Below, piece after piece: positions 37,333 through 49,551 of a stretch of 64,000 nt of DNA. This stretch comes from Protoeuglena noctilucae (Eukaryota): assembly GCA_958009085.1 (NCBI GenBank), contig OY253686.1, forward strand, positions 248,001 through 312,000, read 5' to 3'. Every line of letters starts with the position of its first letter. Position 1 is the stretch's first letter. Made by a program: the position numbers and the translations under genes. The notes under the pieces are model-generated. The model worked only from the letters and a program-made list of their open reading frames with translations. It ran no database searches and had not been told where the DNA came from.

Positions 37333-38187
37333 GCGGAAAGATTGGCAGGGGCGGGTCAGGACGCCTCGCGCCGCGCGAGGAGATGCTCGAAGCCCGCGGG
37401 CAGCCCGGGGCCAGCGCGTCGCGGCGAGGGCGGGGAAACCGGGGAAGAGGGGTCGGGCGACGCGGACAGAAGGCACCGCGCCAGCGGATCGGGGAGGGGC
37501 GCCGCAGCGGGTCCCGTGCAGCTGCAGCGGGGCAACGCCAGCAGCACAAGGAGGGCAGCGACCGGTCGCCCGCAGGCGCGCGATGGCGCACGAGGGGGGC
37601 TGCCGGGGATCGCCTTCGCGAAAAACGAGTAAAGTGCGTCTAATAGCGAGGGAAAGAGCGCCTCTGGGCCTCGGGGGACGCGCCGGGGCGGGGTCCCAGG
37701 AGATGAATATCTCGGCGGGGCGAGCGACGCGCCGGGCAGGTGAGCGATTGCACCGCAGAGAAGGCAGTGCGCGACCATTGAATTCGCGTGAAGGCGACTT
37801 GGCCCGGTCCCCCGGTCCCCCCGCAGCCACGGAACCCGCCGCGCAAAGCGTGGCCCCCTGTTCGGTGCAGGGCGCCCAGCGCGCCCGAAAACGCAGGGTC
37901 GATTGCACAGCTCCGAGTCGCCAAACTGGAGCCCCCCATCCTCACCTGCCGCCCTCCCCGACGAGCCGAGGCCCATGGCCCTCGGCCCCGAGACGCTGGC
38001 ACGGCTGAGCATCCGTCCCGCTTCGCAAAAGTTGAGGTGGGGCTAACCGAATTCACAGCACGCGGGGTGGCCCCCTCCCGCTTCAGCACGGGCACGATGG
38101 CCACGACACACCTATGCTGACACCGGGCAAACGCGCAATCTATGCCTCCCGTTGCCTTCTGAGCGCGTCACTATCCCAGGCGTCCCA

Positions 38188-39655
38188 CTAACTATCCCCG
38201 CTCCCTCGCCCACGCCCCAGAGTTGGCTGGGCGCCCTCCGCTGACGCGCGCCGGACCAACCCGTTTCCAATCTCCCGCGAAGGCGTCGTCGCCTTCCCGT
38301 CCTCCAGCAGCCGCACCATCTCCCCTTCCTCCTCGTCGGAAGTCGCGGTCGCCCCCGCCTTGCCAACACCACGTGTTGGCCGCGTCTGCGCCCCCAGCTC
38401 CACCTCCGCCTCCGCGCTCGCCATCTTCGCCACGACAGCCATCCGCCGCGACAGCAGATACTGCCGGACAAGGTACGCGGAGACGGTGGCGCACACGACC
38501 GCGAGGCCCGCCACCTCCACCCACGAGGCCACACGCTCGCCCAGAAGCAAGTAGCCCCCGCCCACGGCGCTCAGCAGCCGCGTCCCCATGAAGGTCGAGC
38601 CCAGGGGCGCGCCGATGTGGCGGATGGACAGCTGCTGCATGAGGTTGGCGGCGACGTAGGACCAGAAGCTGCAGCCGACCAGAAGCGCCCAGTCGCGGGC
38701 GCTCCACGACCCCAGGCACGCCCAGCAAGCCGTGTCGCGCTCGAACGCAGCGCTGGCACACACCGCGAAGAGCATGGCTGCGATGGGACACACAAGAGGG
38801 TCATCAGCTCAGAGGCGCGTTGCTCCCTCGCAGCAGGGAGCAGACGCTGTTGCAGCACGGAGCAAAGCTCCAGCAGCGTTTGCGCACCTGAGAGGTACTG
38901 CACGTACAGCAGGTCGCGCGGGGAGAGCACTCCCTTGGTAGCCTGCACCCCGAGCATGTAACCGGCCACAGCGATGGCCGAGAAGAGCGCCACAGCCAAC
39001 CCTGCAGCGTCTCGGGCGGTGAAGGCCCGCCCATCCGCTTGGTGCAACGACCCGCCCGCCACCGTCACGACGCTGCGTGTGTGACATCGTGGGGAGGCAT
39101 CTCATCAACAGCACTAGCAGAGGCGGCATCCATTCGCTGGCTAGCCAAGAGCAGGTGTGGCGGCAGTCACCTTCCCAGCGTCATCATTGTCATCGTCGGA
39201 ACGAGCAGCTTCGGGAGGGGCTTGCCGAGGACAAACGTGTTGCCCAGGGCGATGGCGACGGGCGCCAACATATTCACGAGCTGCACCCACCGGGCGAGTG
39301 TGAGCCGGGCCGCCCAGAGAATGCTGACTTGTCGGCACAGGCCCACCGTAGCCATGATGGCCGCCGCGCGGGCCCATGGAGCCCATGGCGCGCGCGCCAA
39401 CCCTTCCTTCCCAGCCGAGCGATTACGAGAGGCGCGCAGGAGAGCATGCGCGCCTGCTCCGGCCTCATACACCACCAGCGACGTTAGTCCAATGATGTTG
39501 ATGCACACGGAGAGCATGAAAGTCGGAATCTTGTACGCAGGCACCGTCTGGATGTAGCGCGACCAGACGGCCGTCATTCCCAGGCCCAGGTGCCCGAAAA
39601 TGGCGGCCAGGCACCATAACAGGACCGTGAACCCTTTATCTGGCTCATCGGCCAT
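38188..39655 (-). CDS. Drug/metabolite transporter (EamA-like) family protein
   Basis: Many hydrophobic helices in two halves; VQLVNMLAPVAIALG and SAVGGGYLLLGE...EVAGLAVV are typical DMT ends. Confidence 0.7.
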
Positions 39656-39982
39656 CCCGCAACCCCCCAAATATCGATGGGCTACAGCCGAGCCATCCGC
39701 ACGGACTACGACCGTGCCGCAGGAAGCGCACGCGCGGGGAAGTGTCCGCCGTCACGGTCGGCCACCACAGACGCCTGTCTCTGCCGTGCCAGTTGCCTGG
39801 CACGATCGGGCATCCGACCTGCCCTGCCAGCGACACGGATGGTCGCATTGAATCGTCACAAGTTCCGCCCCTGGTCTGTCCAACTTTCAACGCCAAAGCG
39901 CTGGCACCGCACGCACAGCGAGCGTCATATCCGCTGCCCAGCTCGCGCCCGGTCGTCGCTGCAACCCTTTGAGGGCCGAGGA

Positions 39983-42370
39983 TTACGCGAACCCCTCCAC
40001 GCGCCCCGTCGTGAAGCCGGGCTTGGTGTACCAGTACGCGCCGTCGTCCGCGATACCAAAGCCCCTGCGCGGCAAATGACGGCGAGGGAGCATGACGAGC
40101 CGATCACAGGCACAACACCATGCCAGCATCCCCAGCACCGGCCACTCCGTGTCGTGTCAATGCAAGGGCCTGGGTCATGCAGGTCCCGTGTCATCGGCCC
40201 CACGTGCCCCTATGTGCCATGCCAGTCACTCACTTGGGGTCCGCGAACACGTTCTCCAGCAGCTGGCTGGACGTGGGCGCGGGGCTGCTGTCCGCGAACT
40301 CCACGCTCTCCTCCACCGCCGCCATGACCTCCTTCTCGAGGCTCGCGATCTGCAATGGAGCATAAAATGGACGGTTTCACTCAGACACACAGTGTGGAAG
40401 GGGCAACCCAACTGCACCCGTCACTACATTCACTCCTATCCCAGTCGTCACTCAGGGCACATCCTCGATAGCTCTGTCCCAACCCGCCAGCACGCCAGCA
40501 GAAAATCTGGCCTCCCCAGCTCGTGCAACACTTCCACCCCCATGCACCCCCAACCCAGAACCCACACCGCTGCCCTCACCTCCTCCTCCGTCGCCCACCC
40601 GTACTCGATCATCTGCTTGCGGAACTTGGGAATCGGGTCCCGCTCATTCCACTTGGCCTTCTCCTTGGGGTCACGGAGCTCATCGGGGTCCGCCAGGGAG
40701 TGGCCCCGGAAGCGGTACGTCTCCGCCTCAATCAGCGTGGGACCCTCGCCGCGGCGCGCGCGGGCCACAGCCTCCTGGACCGCCTTGCGGACCTGCGGAG
40801 CAGGATAGAGACAGATCGCATGTTGGTACGAGGATGGGCGAAGTGCGGGCAGCTGTCGGTGTGGCGTCTGGCGAGCGGGTGTTCATGGTTACACTACATA
40901 AACAGACGTACGGCTATGATGACTGTGGCATATCGCACCTTGAGGACGTCCATGCCGTCGACGAGCACCCCGGGCATGCCGAAGGGCGGGCCCTTCTTGT
41001 AGATGGCTGGGGACGCGTCGCCCATCGAGGGGTTGGTGGCACGCAGGTGGCTCATGCCGATGGCCCAGAGGTTGTTCTCGACAAAGAAGATGATGGGGAG
41101 CTTGTAGAGCGTGGCCATGTTGAGGCACTCGTAGAACTGGCCGATGTTGCACGTGCCGTCGCCGAAGAAGGAGATGCAGACCTGGCGGGTGCGGTGGGGC
41201 GAGACGGGTTGTGAGCGAGTCAGGGAGTCGGCGCAAGGCGATGCACTGTTCATGCAACACTAAGAGAGACGTCACGGCCCTTGAGGTCTCACCTGGTCAG
41301 CCGACTCGTCCCCCATGACGTCCCGCATGTAGCGGACCTTGAACGCGGCCCCCAGGGACACGGGGATGCCCTCCCCGATGAACGCGTAGCCGCCCAGCAC
41401 GCCGTGCTCGGCGCTGAACATGTGCATGGAGCCACCCTGCGACACAGGGGCGCGTGGGGTGGGTGCAGTGCCGCATACGCATGGGCGCATGTACCAGGAA
41501 CCAAACAACAAGGGAGTTAATAATGCCCAGGTGCGGCACTCGCGCAAGTGGAGGGCCGAGCTCGCACGACGCTGTCGACAGGGTCGCGTTTCGCAAGGCC
41601 GCAGGGCCGTCCCACCTGGCCCCGGCACACCCCCGTCTGCTTCCCGAACAGCTCGGCCATGACCGCGTTGGGCGAGCAACCCTTGGAGATCGCGTGCACG
41701 TGATCGCGGTAGGTCGAGCAGATGTAGTAGTCCTTGCGCAGCTGGCGGATGGCCCCCGTCGAGCACGCCTCCTGCCCCGAGTAGAGGTGCACGAAGCCGA
41801 ACATCTTCCCGCGGTAGTACATCTGTGCGCACATCTCCTCGAACTCACGCCCCATGTACATGTCCCTGCGGGCGCGAGGAGGGCGCGGCGAGGGTGAAAC
41901 ACCGAGCAAGCCCACGCTCCTCGTCCTTTCCGCGCCTCCCGCAGCGCAAACGTCTGCCGCGGCAGCCCCCGCGATGACACGGAACCGAAACGCACTTGTA
42001 CAGATCCTTCGCCTCCTCAGGGGTCACGTCGGCGGCCTCGGCAGGGAGGTTCTTGGCCGACTTGACGGTCGCAGCGGTGGGAGTCGACTTAGACGCCACG
42101 CGGGTCGCGACAGACGAGCGAACGCGTTTCTGCATGCGGAGGGAGCAGGAATCGTGCGGTCCGGCCGGGCGGGGCGCAGGGCGCAGCGGGGCGAAAGCGA
42201 GACAATCGGGCGTTGGGTGTCGCGCGCGCCGGTGCCCGGGCCGCAAACGCGGTACCCGAACAGGAGCATCGGAGCCGTGTCATCCGCTTGCGACCGCGCA
42301 CCTGTGTCGAACGGGGGGCGACGGCCGCGAGCCCGGTCCGTGCCACGCACGTGGGGTGCGTGGGCGCCTG
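39983..42370 (-). CDS. PDH-E1A: Pyruvate dehydrogenase E1 alpha subunit, plastid type (start unresolved)
   Basis: [41 protein letters not shown]...ENN (TPP-binding), [25 protein letters not shown]. Confidence 0.95.
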
Positions 42371-43168
42371 CGGACGCCGGGGGGGTCGGGGAGCCTCAGT
42401 CCGCCTGCAGAGTGACAATCAGCGACTGAAACGAACAGCGCCGGAGTCGCACGCGCCCAGCACGGCCCCGCGCCGAGCTAGTCGGGGATGTCGTCCGGCG
42501 CGTGCCAGCCCTGAGGCTGTGGGGTGGCTGCGGCCCCTCCCCGGCGCTCCCGTGGAGGCCATGGCATCGGGCGTGGAAACGAAGGAAACGTGCCGTGGAT
42601 TTAAGTGGATTGGCGCGCGTGGCGGGATGGAAGACAGCGGGGCCTCGGGCCAACACGCCTCGATCCTCCCGCAGAGCCATCGCGAGAGCAGGTCTAACAT
42701 CCAAGGCAACGTTTACGACGGTGCGACCCGATATTCCGCGCGCCCGACGTCCACCGGTCGCTGGGGAGCCAGCTCTCGCAAGCAGGCGGGGCGAGGGGAC
42801 AGGCCGCGAGCGGCAATCACCGCGACCGGGGCCAGCACGGAGCTTTGGAGGCCCGCCTTGATCATCGTCCGCCGGCCGTCCTCAGAGCCCGAACTGGGAC
42901 CGATGAGCGCTTCCCGCGGCGCCAGAGACCCTGCAATGCCCAAGATCGATCGAACGATCCCTTCGGCCGTGGGACTCGGGGCCCGATGTCCGCGCCTCGG
43001 CCAGAACTGCGGCCCCCGCGTAGTGTCAGAAACAGGCGCAGGATCCCCGGCAGCGCTGTGTATTGGGGGCGACGCATCGGCTCACGGCATCGAAAGTGAG
43101 CTGGAGCACGCGCGGAGAGGCTTTAACGGGTCGGGATCGGCCCGGACCCCTGGGCTTCGCTGCATTGC

Positions 43169-43368
43169 NNNNNNNNNNNNNNNNNNNNNNNNNNNNNNNN
43201 NNNNNNNNNNNNNNNNNNNNNNNNNNNNNNNNNNNNNNNNNNNNNNNNNNNNNNNNNNNNNNNNNNNNNNNNNNNNNNNNNNNNNNNNNNNNNNNNNNNN
43301 NNNNNNNNNNNNNNNNNNNNNNNNNNNNNNNNNNNNNNNNNNNNNNNNNNNNNNNNNNNNNNNNNNNN
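43169..43368. other. Assembly gap (200 N)
   Basis: Run of n characters. Confidence 1.
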
Positions 43369-44937
43369 GGACGTCCTTGAACAGGCGCGAGAGGCCTCGA
43401 AGAAGCAGAAGAACACGGCCGAGTTGATGCCGTTGGAGATGGCACGCGGGCCGATGCCTGGGGGCGCACGGGGGAGGCGGGCCGACTCTTTGCAACTTCC
43501 AAGTAACTGGCCAGTCGACCCATTCGACGCTGCCGCCGCGTACTGCACAGCAGCTGCACAGTGCTTGGAGGATCGATCCTCACCCTTCAGGAAGGCGCGG
43601 GGCCCGCCGGATGCCAGCACGTTGGCGGCGGCCTGCATCATGCCCGGCCGCTGCGAGGCGTTGACCATCATGTTGGTCTTGACCACGTCCAGCGGGGTGG
43701 TGGCCGCCGCCGCGAAGGCACCCGCCACGGCGCCCATGGCGAAGTCCTCCTGCGGCGACGCCTTCTGGCCCCGGACCTGCCGGTGCACCTGCTTCTGCAA
43801 TCGAGGGAAGCCAAGCGGGGGCTCGCACGCTGCATGACGCCCTATGCGCGCCAGCGACAACACAGCCGTTCTAACAAGGTGCGAATCAATCCCAACCAGT
43901 CCCCCCACTGCGTCATATGCAATGTCGCACTGGCCATGCCTCGCTGTCAGACACGGCCGCTGCGTGCTGTGCAACTCACCAGGCTCTCGTAGGCGGCGAA
44001 CTTGAAGGCCATGTCGGGGATGTCCTCAAGCACGGTGGGCAAGAACCCCGTGAAGAGGCCGCCCAGGCCCGCCTTGGCCACGATCGAGGAGCACGCCTGC
44101 ATGGCGTTGGGGTAGCGGCCGGCCTGGACGCTCCGGATGCACACGGCAATGGGCACCTGCGGGGCAGCAAAGTGTGCGGATGAGGTCGAGCGCGTGGCGC
44201 AGGACGCGCAGGAGAGCCCCGGACACGCGGCTGCCAGAGCCCGCCAGCGCACCTTGACGACCGATGACCCCGCGGCGGCAGCGGCGCCGGCGAAGAAGGC
44301 GACGGCGCCCGGCTGCATGGCCGGGAAGGCGTGCCCAATCGCGTTGTGCGCCGCGCCGTAGCAGGCGAAGTAGGCCCCGATGGCGACGCCCGCGCCCGAT
44401 GCGGCCCCGAGGACCCCGGAGTACAGGGAGGCCACGCCGGGGAGGGCCCGGCCCAGGGCGTCTTTCACGCCGCCCACGGCGCCCGCCGGCGGGACCAGGC
44501 GGGAGAACTTCGAGAAGCCCGAGCCCGACCCCGACTGCATGCGGACCTTGATCGTGTCGATCGGGTGGATGGTCGACTGGGACATGGCGCGCGCCAGGGC
44601 GCCCGCCAGTACGTCCGACGCGGGCTTGTGGCCGCTGCGGGGGAGCGGGGTAGGGGGTGACGTGCGGGACGTGTGGCCAGGCGGAGGCGAGGGCGGGAGC
44701 GGAGGGGCGCACAGGTGGGCTGGGCGGGGCAAGGCGCGGCGAGCTCACCTCTTGGGGGCCGGCTTGGGGGCCGGGGCCCGGCTGGGCGAGGAGTCGCGAA
44801 GTGCCACGCCGGAGATGGTGGCGAAGGCCACGGACCGAGTGCGGCCGCGCGGGCCGCTCTTGGCCGCACTGTCGGCGGACATGCCCGACGCGGCGCGCCC
44901 GGCGATCCCGCGGTGCTTGTTCTGCTTGGATATCATG
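43369..44937 (-). CDS. Mitochondrial carrier family (SLC25) protein, SAM-carrier/MFL1-like; 3' end runs into the gap
   Basis: Carrier signatures HPIDTIKVRMQ, VPIAVCIRSVQ and TPLDVVKTNMM; GLFTG..DIPDMAFKF; N-terminal extension. Confidence 0.88.
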
Positions 44938-45431
44938 GTGAGGGGCTCGAAGAAGCCTCGCTCTCGGAGATAGACGAGCGATCCGAGGGTAGGGATATGT
45001 CCTCGGCTAGGAAATCTCTCGTTGGGCTAACTGACAGGCTACGGGCAAAGAATCCGCTATTCGACTGCAAGCAAGGCTCGTGCTGCCGAGGACCGATCCT
45101 GCGGACGCGCGGAGGGGAGGGGGGACGTGGGAGGGACCGGGGCACTGGCCGGCGTCCCGTACCGCGCGGCGATCGCGCCCCCAACTCGCCTCTCGCGATG
45201 GCAGCGGCGGGAGAGCCACTGCTCAGTCGATGGCGGAGATGCCCGTGTACGGCGCAGGGATTCCGGTTAGCTCCTGCAGGCGGCACCAAACAGACGGCTC
45301 CACTCCCGAACCACAGCCCCCCCGCGCCGAGCGACGCCGCGGATGACCAACGCGCAGGAAACGCCAACCATGCGGGCGGCCCGATCGCGAGGCGGGCGGG
45401 CGGGAGCGCGGCGAGGCCCAGCGCACTCACA

Positions 45432-46210
45432 ACTTGAAAGTGGGGGAGTCGTGGCCCGCTGTGTGTGCTTGTGTCCCTCGAGGTGGTCTCCTCTAGATCT
45501 TCGCGTATCCGTTGCCACGACTTGTGCGACTCCTCGAAGTAGAGAGAAGCGAGCTCGAAGTCGACCTGGGGGATCTCAACCTGGGCGAGCTTGTAGATGG
45601 CGGACTGTAGATTCGCCTGCGGCGCACGGAAACCGCGAAAGAGTTTGAGTAGCCGGAGCGGACGAGGCGCGCGGCGCGCGGGCGGGGGCGCCGGCGCGCG
45701 GGCGGCCCGGAGCATGTCGGGGGGGCACCTGCTCGGTGGCCAGGTAGTGGAGATCCGGCCCGGCAACGGCGTACCCCGACGCGACGACCGGGGATACGAC
45801 GCAGAAGATCCAGAGGAGGACCTGCGGGGGCGCGGGGGGGCGTCGATGGCGCTCTGTGGGACCTTCCACGACGAAAATGACACCGGGGCCCGCCCCGGGC
45901 CGCTCGGGCAGAACCCGGGGCCGACGGCCGGCCCAGCCGGGTCGTGCCAGCGAAAAGGTCCGGGGGCGGGGGGAAACGGGTGCGCCCCGCGTCCCGCTGC
46001 GCCCCGCGCGATGACGGGCGCACCTCGAGGTAGCACAGCAGGGCCAGACTCCAGTACACCTTGCACGTACGCGAACGCTTCATTTTGCAATACGGATGTG
46101 TGCGTGGGCACAGGGCCCGGGGGGAATCTCAGCCGCCCGCCGCGGAAAGATGCCCGTCTGACACGGTGGGGCCGCGGGGTCCGAGGAGCGGCCGGGGGCT
46201 TCTTCGGCAT
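45432..46210 (-). CDS. Hypothetical protein (boundaries uncertain)
   Basis: Only a protein-like segment LRLLKLFRGF...EIPQVDFELASLYFEESH inside a GC-rich ORF. Confidence 0.3.
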
Positions 46211-46285
46211 CGCCGACGTCGCTCGTTTCAAAGCCTAATTACAACAGATTCCGAGGCGCCTTGAGCAGCCGCCTGGGAGGGAAAG

Positions 46286-48850
46286 TTAGTCCTCCGGGCC
46301 CGAGACGACGGCGACGCTGTTCCAGCGCGACACGGCGGTGGACTTGGAGCCCTCGTGCCCCGGGGCCTGCTTCCAGCCCACGCCCGCCTCGGACTCGGGG
46401 ATGGTCTCGGTCCGCGTGAGCCCCTCCATCTCCCCCACGATCAGCCGCTCCACGGCACCCGTGCTGGCGGCGTCTGGAGGTCGCAGGCTTGCTGCGCGCG
46501 CCGGCGGCACGCTCTGCGCGTCCCGGACGAACAGCGTGTCGAGCGCCGCAGCCGTGTGCGAGTCGCCCCGGGCCTTGGCCGCCCTCTGCTGAATCCGCGA
46601 CTCGGCGTGCGCCATCGTCGCGGGGTCCACGTGCGCGATGCGAACCATCGTGAACTGCGGGCGTCGGCGCAGCGCGATCTCGCGGGTGCAGCGCCGCGGA
46701 CATGCCACGCCCCAAGATCCCCGCCCCCCGCTGCGCGTGCGGCTGCCCCATGCCCACCTGCGGCGCCGCGAGGTCTTCGCTGTCGAACCGTGCCGCCTGC
46801 GCCCCGTGATAGTCCTCCAGGAACCGCGTGTTCTTCTTCGCCGCGTCCCCGAGCGCTGCCCCCAAGCTCTCCCCCACTCCGCCCTCCCCGCCGAGCCGGA
46901 GCCCCCCTCCGTGCGACTTGCGCCGCCGCGTGGATGTGGACGCCCCCGACCCCTCCCGCTCCAGAGCGTCGTGCATGTACGACCCCTCCTTGAGTCGCAT
47001 GTGCATGCTCTTGAGCAAGGCGTCCACTTGCTGTATGCTCCCCATACTGTCCTCCCCCGCCACCGTCGAGTCCTCCGCCGGCCTCGACCCCTGCCCCTTC
47101 CTCGCACGTGCGCTCTTGTGGCCCTTCCTCTTCGCCCTGCGAACAAGCGAGAGCCGCACACGGTGGCCATTGCAACATGCGCAGACCCCTTGAACGACGT
47201 GAACCATGGGACACCAGTGCAACTGACGCTGTCTGCAACCTCACCTCGCATCAGAAGGGGCTTCTGACCGCCTCGCGGTGTTGCCCAGGTAGCTGGAGCT
47301 GTCCTGTGTGGGTGTCCAGCGCCCCGTGCCCGAAACGGAAGGCGAGGCGAGGTCTGCCAGGGACGCCTCGGCCTCAGCTATGCTCTCGTTGGTCCCGCCG
47401 AAAAGGGAGCTCGGCGCCTCAGCTAGCTGCGGGGGCGAGCGGGTTTCAGGTGCCTTTGTTGCAGGAGAGGGGCTGCACACACAATGGCACCCTTCCCAGT
47501 GCGTCTTCGTCAGGTCGCACTGTTGACTCGACCGCATGGATCCAACATCGCTGCATCATTCCAGGATCCACGCTGCACTCACGTCTTGGGAAGAGGTCTG
47601 CTGTGGTACCGCGGCCCCGCCCTTGCGTGACGCTTTCTTGGTCTTCTTGGGCGGCCCCGCACCCGCGGGCTTGTACCCGATCTTGCGCAGTGATTCGGCC
47701 GTCGGGGGCATTCGGACTTCCGCCGCTATCCGCGCCTGCGAGGTTAAGACAGGCGGGAGAAACGGTGCCACTCGTGGGCGACGAGCGCCCTTGCATCCAC
47801 CACCCATCCTCGCTTAGAGTCACCGCAAACAGGGCTCCCGTCTCTCACAGCACGTTTCCATCCACGCGTCTCTCACCTGCACGCGGTTCATCTCCTCCAG
47901 CAGCTCCGCGACGTCTGACGTCGGGACGCCCTCGTTCCCCGCCTCGCCGCCCTCCGCCTGCGCGGCCTTGCGCGCCGCGAGCTGCTCCAGCAGGTCCACG
48001 CGCTCGGCCTCGAGCAGCGCGACCTGCCGGGAGAGCCGCGCCATGCTCTGCACGTGGCTCTGCCCCGCCAAGCGCATACGGAGCCGTGCTGCAAGGCGGC
48101 ACCACCCCAGCAGCGCGCTGCGCTCCCCTTCATCCGCCTCCGACACAGCGTCGTCCCCGGCGTACCATATCTCCTGATTGGCGCTCCGCTCGATGCCCTT
48201 CTCCACCACGTCCACCAGCCCTTGCACGCGCCGTGCCATCTCGTTGTGAGTCAGGTACAGCTGGCTCGTGATGAGCACCAGCGAGATCATGCTCTGCGTG
48301 ACACGGGAAGACGAGACCAGAACTAAGCAAGGGACTCGGGAAAGGCCCGGACCTGTCGAGGCGATGCCATGCGAGCCACAGGAAAGGACCTCAGGAGCGA
48401 AGCTGGCGTCCCGTTGCGCCTAGACGAACGCTGCTTCTGTCCACGCTCGCTCGCCTTCGGGTCTATGAGGGAGGACTGCAGCATCTCGTCCTTCCAGGCA
48501 AAGAAGCGCGTTAAGACCTCGGAGAGGGCATCCAGGGACCCCTGTGGACGGTGCGGGGAAGTCACAGTGGTCACCGAAGGCAACGAACCTGGCGAGAGAC
48601 GTTAGACACGCGCGCGAGAGTCACCTTGACCTGCCCCAATATTGCATGGTCCCCCTCGGAGAGCCCCGCGACCTGCCCGCCCATCAACTTTGCACCCCGA
48701 GCGACAACATGGACGACAGCCCAAAGAGTATACGCGCGGACGACCCCGGGTCGCGCTGCAGAGCCCACACGAGGAGTCGCGGACCTGCGCATGCAGAGCG
48801 ACGGCCAAGAGCGTCAGAGACCTCGGCCGCGAGCATGCGCGAGCTCTGGC
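46286..48850 (-). CDS. Hypothetical coiled-coil protein
   Basis: Spliceable exons, for example ...LIDPK|SMISLVL...LSRQVALLEAERVDLLEQLAA (heptads). Last exon ends VVSGPED*. The 5' end is uncertain. Confidence 0.5.
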
Positions 48851-49551
48851 AAAGGAACATGGCATGTCGTTGCATTCAGCCAAGAGCCAGGGAGCCTCGC
48901 CAGCGCTGCGAGCGTTGCGAGCAAGAAGACACCTGCGAAGTTGTCCTGGATGCCGCAAGCTCGACTGAGAGCTTCGCTGATGCACACGCAAGCTACTGGT
49001 GCCGGGTTCTTGAAGGTGTGCGCGCGCGGCGTCCATCGCGGCCACGAAAAACCACTCGCTTGCGCCAGGATGGTGCGTGCCAGCCCTCCCGCGCCGCCTA
49101 TCATCGCCGCGGTGGCGGCTACGATCTGCTTACGACACGACGCGATCGTGCCTGCGTGGAGAAGCTCCTTACAACAGCTCATCTCCCGCAGGTCTGCTCA
49201 TCTCAAGGCCTCGTGCGCTCGAGCACAGGGACGACGCGACCGATGGCCGCCTGCTCCTGCAGCGCGGGTGTCGCCATACGGAAGCAAATGGGGTGCAGGT
49301 CCGTGGCGTCTCGCTTCGCGAGCTGCCTCGGGAGGCAAGGGCCAAGGTCTGTGGTGAGTGAACGCGCGCGCTCCCCCTGAGCTGCCGTCTCAGCCACTTG
49401 ACGCCCTCCATGCCGTTCGCGGATACGCTTGCCCATCATGGCTCATACCGTAATATCGGACATGCAGCGCGGCGACACTGCGCGCCGACAAAGGGGAACG
49501 CGCGGGTGCTGGTCGCACATCCACTCGCGTGCCTCGTTTCCGCGCTCCGCA

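Noticed and set aside
43369..43400. Apparent frameshift at the 3' end of the carrier gene
   Set aside because: It is adjacent to the assembly gap, so low-quality sequence is the likelier cause.
42213..43427. 404-aa ORF
   Set aside because: It reads through the N gap and GC-rich intergenic sequence and has no recognisable motifs.
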